DNA of 64,000 bases, from the NCBI RefSeq assembly GCF_001194135.2, contig NC_068982.1, positions 162,608,778-162,672,777 on the forward strand, written 5' to 3'. The notes beneath the pieces are model-generated. The model did no database searches and was not told the origin of the DNA. It saw only the letters and a list, made by a program, of their open reading frames with translations. Positions 63,866 to 64,000 of this stretch are shown here, in pieces; position 1 is the stretch's first letter; every line of letters starts with the position of its first letter. The stretch comes from Octopus bimaculoides (Eukaryota). The position numbers were made by a program, and so were the translations under genes.

Positions 63866-64000
63866 AAACTGAGATGCAACCGGATAAATTCAAATCTCTT
63901 TCATGGATATATAATTATGAACAGAAGTCATCGTACTGTGGTGGCTACATCGTGGTATGTTGATTCTTGTTTATTTTTATGTGTCTCGACCATACATGTA

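Noticed and set aside
63880-64000. CpG-containing stretch with a GTG|GTATGT donor-like site (possible first exon of a divergent gene)
   Set aside because: Too little sequence at the window edge to support a call.

Overview
AT-rich, microsatellite- and transposon-dense eukaryotic genomic DNA with five N gaps. The repeat landscape looks like an octopus or other coleoid cephalopod assembly (inference). One protein-coding gene is recognisable: the 5' half of a RABGAP1/RABGAP1L-family (GAPCenA, TBC1D11/18) Rab GTPase-activating protein on the minus strand. I reconstructed six coding exons by hand (45093-44787, 12886-12682, 6900-6717, 6114-5855, 4607-4541, 1176-1074). All introns are GT-AG and phase-consistent, giving 375 codons that cover the N-terminus, the PTB/PID domain and most of the following domain. 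The TBC domain lies beyond the left edge. The introns hold several SINE-like families, RTE, CR1 and CR1/L2/Jockey-like LINE relics, a Penelope-like element with inverted terminal repeats, two Helitron relics, Tc1 and mariner relics and a hAT MITE with a perfect TSD. The best second-look items are a frame-preserving 90-nt candidate cassette exon, Akt/14-3-3 and LIR motifs in the N-terminus, the Penelope fold-back structure, a hairpin-dense segment abutting a gap, and an abundant structured non-tRNA repeat family. No evidence of a wholly new multi-gene system was found. Repeat boundaries are approximate unless TSDs or TIRs are given, and similarities were judged by eye.
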